The notes beneath the pieces are model-generated. The model made no database searches. It had not been told where the DNA came from and worked only from the letters and a program-made list of their open reading frames with translations. This document shows positions 60,901 to 64,000 of a stretch of 64,000 nucleotides of DNA, piece by piece. A program made the position numbers and the translations under genes. Source of the DNA: Diadema antillarum (lineage: Eukaryota); NCBI RefSeq assembly GCF_040938485.1, contig NW_027271101.1, positions 186,001 through 250,000 on the forward strand. The letters run 5' to 3'. How positions within the stretch are numbered: position 1 is the first letter of the stretch; each line of letters starts with the position of its first letter.

Positions 60901-63900
60901 CAGTTTTTCATGATTTTTGGCATGGTGTCTATGGCAGTATTACATGACTGAATATGATATCAAGAACATGTTCACAAGATAGGTTAACACAGACTTTCTC
61001 TCACCTCATGCAGTAAAACCCTCTGTAGACAACTACAACATCATATACCACTGACAATTTAGGCAGAATAGTTGTGACTGGTAATGGCAGGGGGCTCAGA
61101 AAAACTTCACAATCATATGCATATCCTCCAAATCAAATCAGAGTGAAGTGATGATGTGTCCCCGTGACCACAAGATGTTTTTCTTTTTTTCTTTTCTTTT
61201 TTTCCACTCACTGCTCTGACTCTGATTCAGGGTATTCCCCATGCTGCGGATGGTCAGCACCAATCTCTTCTGGCCGCGGATGAGGTCCACGGCCTCGGCG
61301 TGCCGGATGTTCTCGCAGTTGGTGCCGTTGACCGACAGGATCTGGTCCCCAACCTGCACCCTGTGGTACTCCGCCATGCCCCCACGGTCAATCCTTAGTG
61401 GCGATGCAATGAGGCACACAAAAATGGAAAAATTCTTGAATGCCTGGTACATTTACATGCATATAAAACTTATTTAGACTGCACAGAGTGTCAAAATTAT
61501 CTAATAGAAGTGGAGCAGTCTCTTTTTGTGCCCTTGAATTTTCTTGGATAATGGTATCCATAGGTCCCATTATGCAACCTCCTTGTTTCACTGTAAGTCC
61601 ATCCTTGAACTTCTTATATGTTAACTTCCCGAAATCTAGAATCTTTGGTCATCTACCAGATACCTTCAAAAGCTGACTCAAAATGATATTTGTGACAGTC
61701 ATGAGAGGTCTCAGTTGTGGACTTGATTCAAATGACATAGACTTTAACTGTACACATAATGTCAGGTTACACATTCAAGTGCATTTTTTTTTCCCATCCA
61801 GATTGACTATGGTTGTATGTGAGACAGAATATCACATTAAGTTGGACTTGTTTCTATACAACACAGAACACCACAGTGCTATACTAAGTAAAATTGCCTG
61901 GTAAAAAGAAAAAGAAACAAAAATGTAAAACTGAAGTACAATTCCAGTGTGGTACAATTGCCCTAATATCACAACTATCTACTGACTTCTTGGTTCTGAT
62001 TGGCTTCTTTGTTGTGTGAGAATGTGTGTATGTTTAAATATATGTTCTGTGTGTCTGTGTGAGTGAGAAGAGAGCAAGTTGCTGTTCTTTCCCCTTTTTA
62101 TTCTTACTTTGAGACAAAGATGCCCAGACCATACTCGCTGCCCCCTCGGATGTTGAATCCAATAAACCTGTGTTTCTCATCCAGCTGGATCACCACCTTC
62201 CTGTCCGTGTTGGCTTGGGGAGGTGATGTGTTCAGTCCAGCAGGGGGTCCTCTTGACCGCGAGTAGGTGTCAAACCTGAGGAGGATAGGCAATGGAGAAA
62301 AAAAATGTTATGTTGTATGAGGCACACTAGTAGAAACACTGCTTTGTCTCCGGCTATAAAGACTATGTTTTGTCATAATTATATTGACTGGCCTTGAGGG
62401 GGCTATCAAAATATGTTGTATGAGCTAGGAACATACAGCCCTCTTTTTCAATTCACTCAGTATTTGCTGGCCTTTTTCTCGTGGATAACAAATTATGTTG
62501 CCAGAGCTTGGAGCATAATATGCACTGTTCTTCAGCTTAAGCAGTATTTTCCACCGTTGAGGGGAATATCAAATTATGTTGCCTCAGTTTGGATCATAAC
62601 GAATCATGATACCACAGTGGCAATGTTTTCTAAGTTTTAGAAGAAAATAAAGGCTAGCTCAGGATAATCAAGATATCATTCACATTGTACTCTTTCCTTC
62701 ATAATCTAAGAAAGAGGAGCAACAAAATAATATCATTCTGGCTCTCTTCTGCTAGGATTAATTGCTTACTGGGAATAATAATAAACGTTGCACAGCCTCC
62801 TACTCATCAATGAAAATATAATCAGACAAAAGCACTCTTGGCAAGAACACTATCTGTGTTTAAATGACCACAGAGATCCTTTTCTGTCAGAGGGCAAAGG
62901 TCAACCTCCGTACCATTTCATCTTCTCCTTAGACTGCCGTCGGTGAGTGTGCTGTGAGGCGGCCAGGGCGGGGTTGTGCTGCACAGTCATCCTGAGGCGA
63001 GTGGAGCCCTGCAGCACCCTGATGGCGCTGCTGATGGCTATCTCCTCGAAGCTGATGTTGTTCACCTCCACGATCTCATCGCCGACCACCAGGCCGTTCC
63101 TCTCTGGGGTGTTTTGTGACAGGAGCAACCATGGGATGTCATTACATAGGGGTGGTGCAGCTTTCAATGTTATAGCAATTGTACATCATATCATGTTTGT
63201 GTGGGTGTGTGTGGTCTTGTTGATGCTGCTGTGTTGTTACTTTTTTTCGTATCAAGCCTTACTATGCTGGTCAAAACTGGAGAGAGGAATTGTTGCTTAA
63301 GTTCTATAAATCATCATATTTGATGACTGCTATGCACTAGCCGTTGACCCACATATAAAGTAAACAAGTAAAAGCATCAAAACAAATATGAAATTCAGAT
63401 GTAGCATGCTAGAACAAAAAGGCAATTCTACAGTAGGAAGACAATCAAAAATTGAGATTAATGTTCAGAAAGTTCCAGCTCTACTTTGTGTGTCTTCGTT
63501 GGAGTTCTTCACTCAACGTAAAACTAAACACTGTGTGACAGAAGAAACAATTTCATGAAACACACAGATAATCAGGTATACACTGCATAATACTGCAAAA
63601 CCAGACATTTTTGCATGCATGAAACTTTTGCAAGGAGGCAAAAATTCAAGAAAGTAAAATGCATGGTACGATTGTTTTCACACAATGCATTGAATGCCAG
63701 GGGCAATTCACAAAAGTTTCATGCTGCAAAAAAAAAAAAAAAAGCTGTCGGCTGTAAGTCGAAAAAGTTTCATTCCGCGAATGTTTCTAATTTTACAGTA
63801 TGGAATAAAGTCTCCAGCCTACCTGCTTCCGACCCCCTTTCCACCCTGCTGACAGAGACGGGGGCACCTTGCTCAGATCCTCCCTTGATGGTGAAACCAA

Positions 63901-63963
63901 GGTCCTCACTCTTGTTTGCGATGGTCAGTACCCTGGGCCCACTGCCCACATAGTGGTTGAAGT
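47871..63963 (-). CDS. PDZD7: PDZ domain-containing protein 7 (PDZ1-PDZ2-HHD-PDZ3; Usher/whirlin family), 5' partial
   Basis: Exons 63963-63823, 63103-62914, 62275-62108, 61393-61212, 60669-60434, 59263-58900, 57423-57100, 56285-56097, 55694-55525, 54266-54175, 53019-52928, 51678-51607, 51054-49896, 49258-49038, 48807-48707, 47984-47871; GT-AG, phases consistent. PDZ1 LGFTIKGGSE..GDEIVEVN followed by SKEKMKW (human PDZD7, from memory: SKEKTTW). PDZ2 GFNIRGGSEYGLGIFVSK. HHD LRHVKRYHAEGDVDSLVTPLLAILDKPEKVVLLREVRGVIAPLDL (PDZD7-type). PDZ3 LGLSLTGGKD..IYPGGA. The last exon is not resolved. Confidence 0.9.
48008..48130 (-). mobile_element. 3' end of an L2/Crack-type LINE
   Basis: Minus strand AAGCTTGATTGGCTTTT...GTGGAAATAAAATGAAATGAAATGAAATG tail. 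Confidence 0.5.
52075..52270. repeat. Degenerate (ATG/GAT)n low-complexity tract ending in poly-G
   Basis: ATGATGATGATGGTGATGGCGATGATGAT...; it generates spurious His/Ile/Met-rich ORFs. Confidence 0.85.
53336..53521. mobile_element. MITE with CAGGG...CCCTG ends
   Basis: CAGGGGTCGCACTT / AATTTCGAACCCTG imperfect TIR. GGACTA(G/C) subterminal repeats. ATATT directly flanks both ends. Confidence 0.55.
54885..54946. repeat. (AT)n microsatellite
   Basis: About 31 perfect AT units followed by poly-T. Confidence 0.98.
55019..55321. mobile_element. hAT MITE
   Basis: TIR CAGAGACTCCAAC / GTTGGAGTCTCTG. 8-bp flanks CCTGTGTG / TGTGTGTG (7 of 8 match). Internal CGGGAGA repeats. Confidence 0.75.
59535..60226. 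mobile_element. 692-bp non-autonomous TIR element, TGT...ACA ends, TATA flanks (possibly Ginger-like)
   Basis: TATA|TGTGACCGTGCATCACAAAACGAACAAAAAGTCGC ... GCAACTTTTTGTTTGTTTTGTGGTGCAGGGTCACA|TATA. Confidence 0.7.
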
Positions 63964-64000
63964 CTACGGAAAGAAGAAATGAATAACAACAAGCGCATCT

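Noticed and set aside
18110-63823. U12-type (minor) introns in ANAPC4 or PDZD7
   Set aside because: None of the donors I assigned matches GTATCCTT/ATATCCTT.

Overview
Eukaryotic, AT-rich, intron-rich animal DNA. The repeat and MITE landscape suggests a marine invertebrate deuterostome such as a sea urchin, but that is inference only. I reconstructed three spliced protein-coding genes by hand with consistent GT-AG phases. (1) An unrecognised 4-exon, 386-aa low-complexity gene on the minus strand (CDS 4228-8924). (2) ANAPC4 on the plus strand, with 20 coding exons and about 795 aa (18000-41205); it sits head-to-head with gene 1 across a YY1/NRF1-type promoter near 16.1-16.6 kb. (3) A PDZD7 (Usher/whirlin family) gene on the minus strand, with 16 exons from 63963 to 47871; its 5' end lies outside the window and its terminal exon is unresolved. 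Introns and the intergenic region hold many non-autonomous DNA elements, a 5'-truncated L2/CR1-group LINE with a nearly intact RT, and two assembly gaps. There are no rRNA, tRNA or CRISPR features. The most unusual observations are: an 18-bp x36 minisatellite made of the ANAPC4 exon-12 splice donor itself (an in-frame tandem array of 5' splice sites); a 761-bp near-perfect palindrome; a CACTG-ended element with an 8-bp TSD whose empty site is visible in an adjacent copy of its host element; and a recursive-splice-like AG|GTAAG exon in PDZD7.
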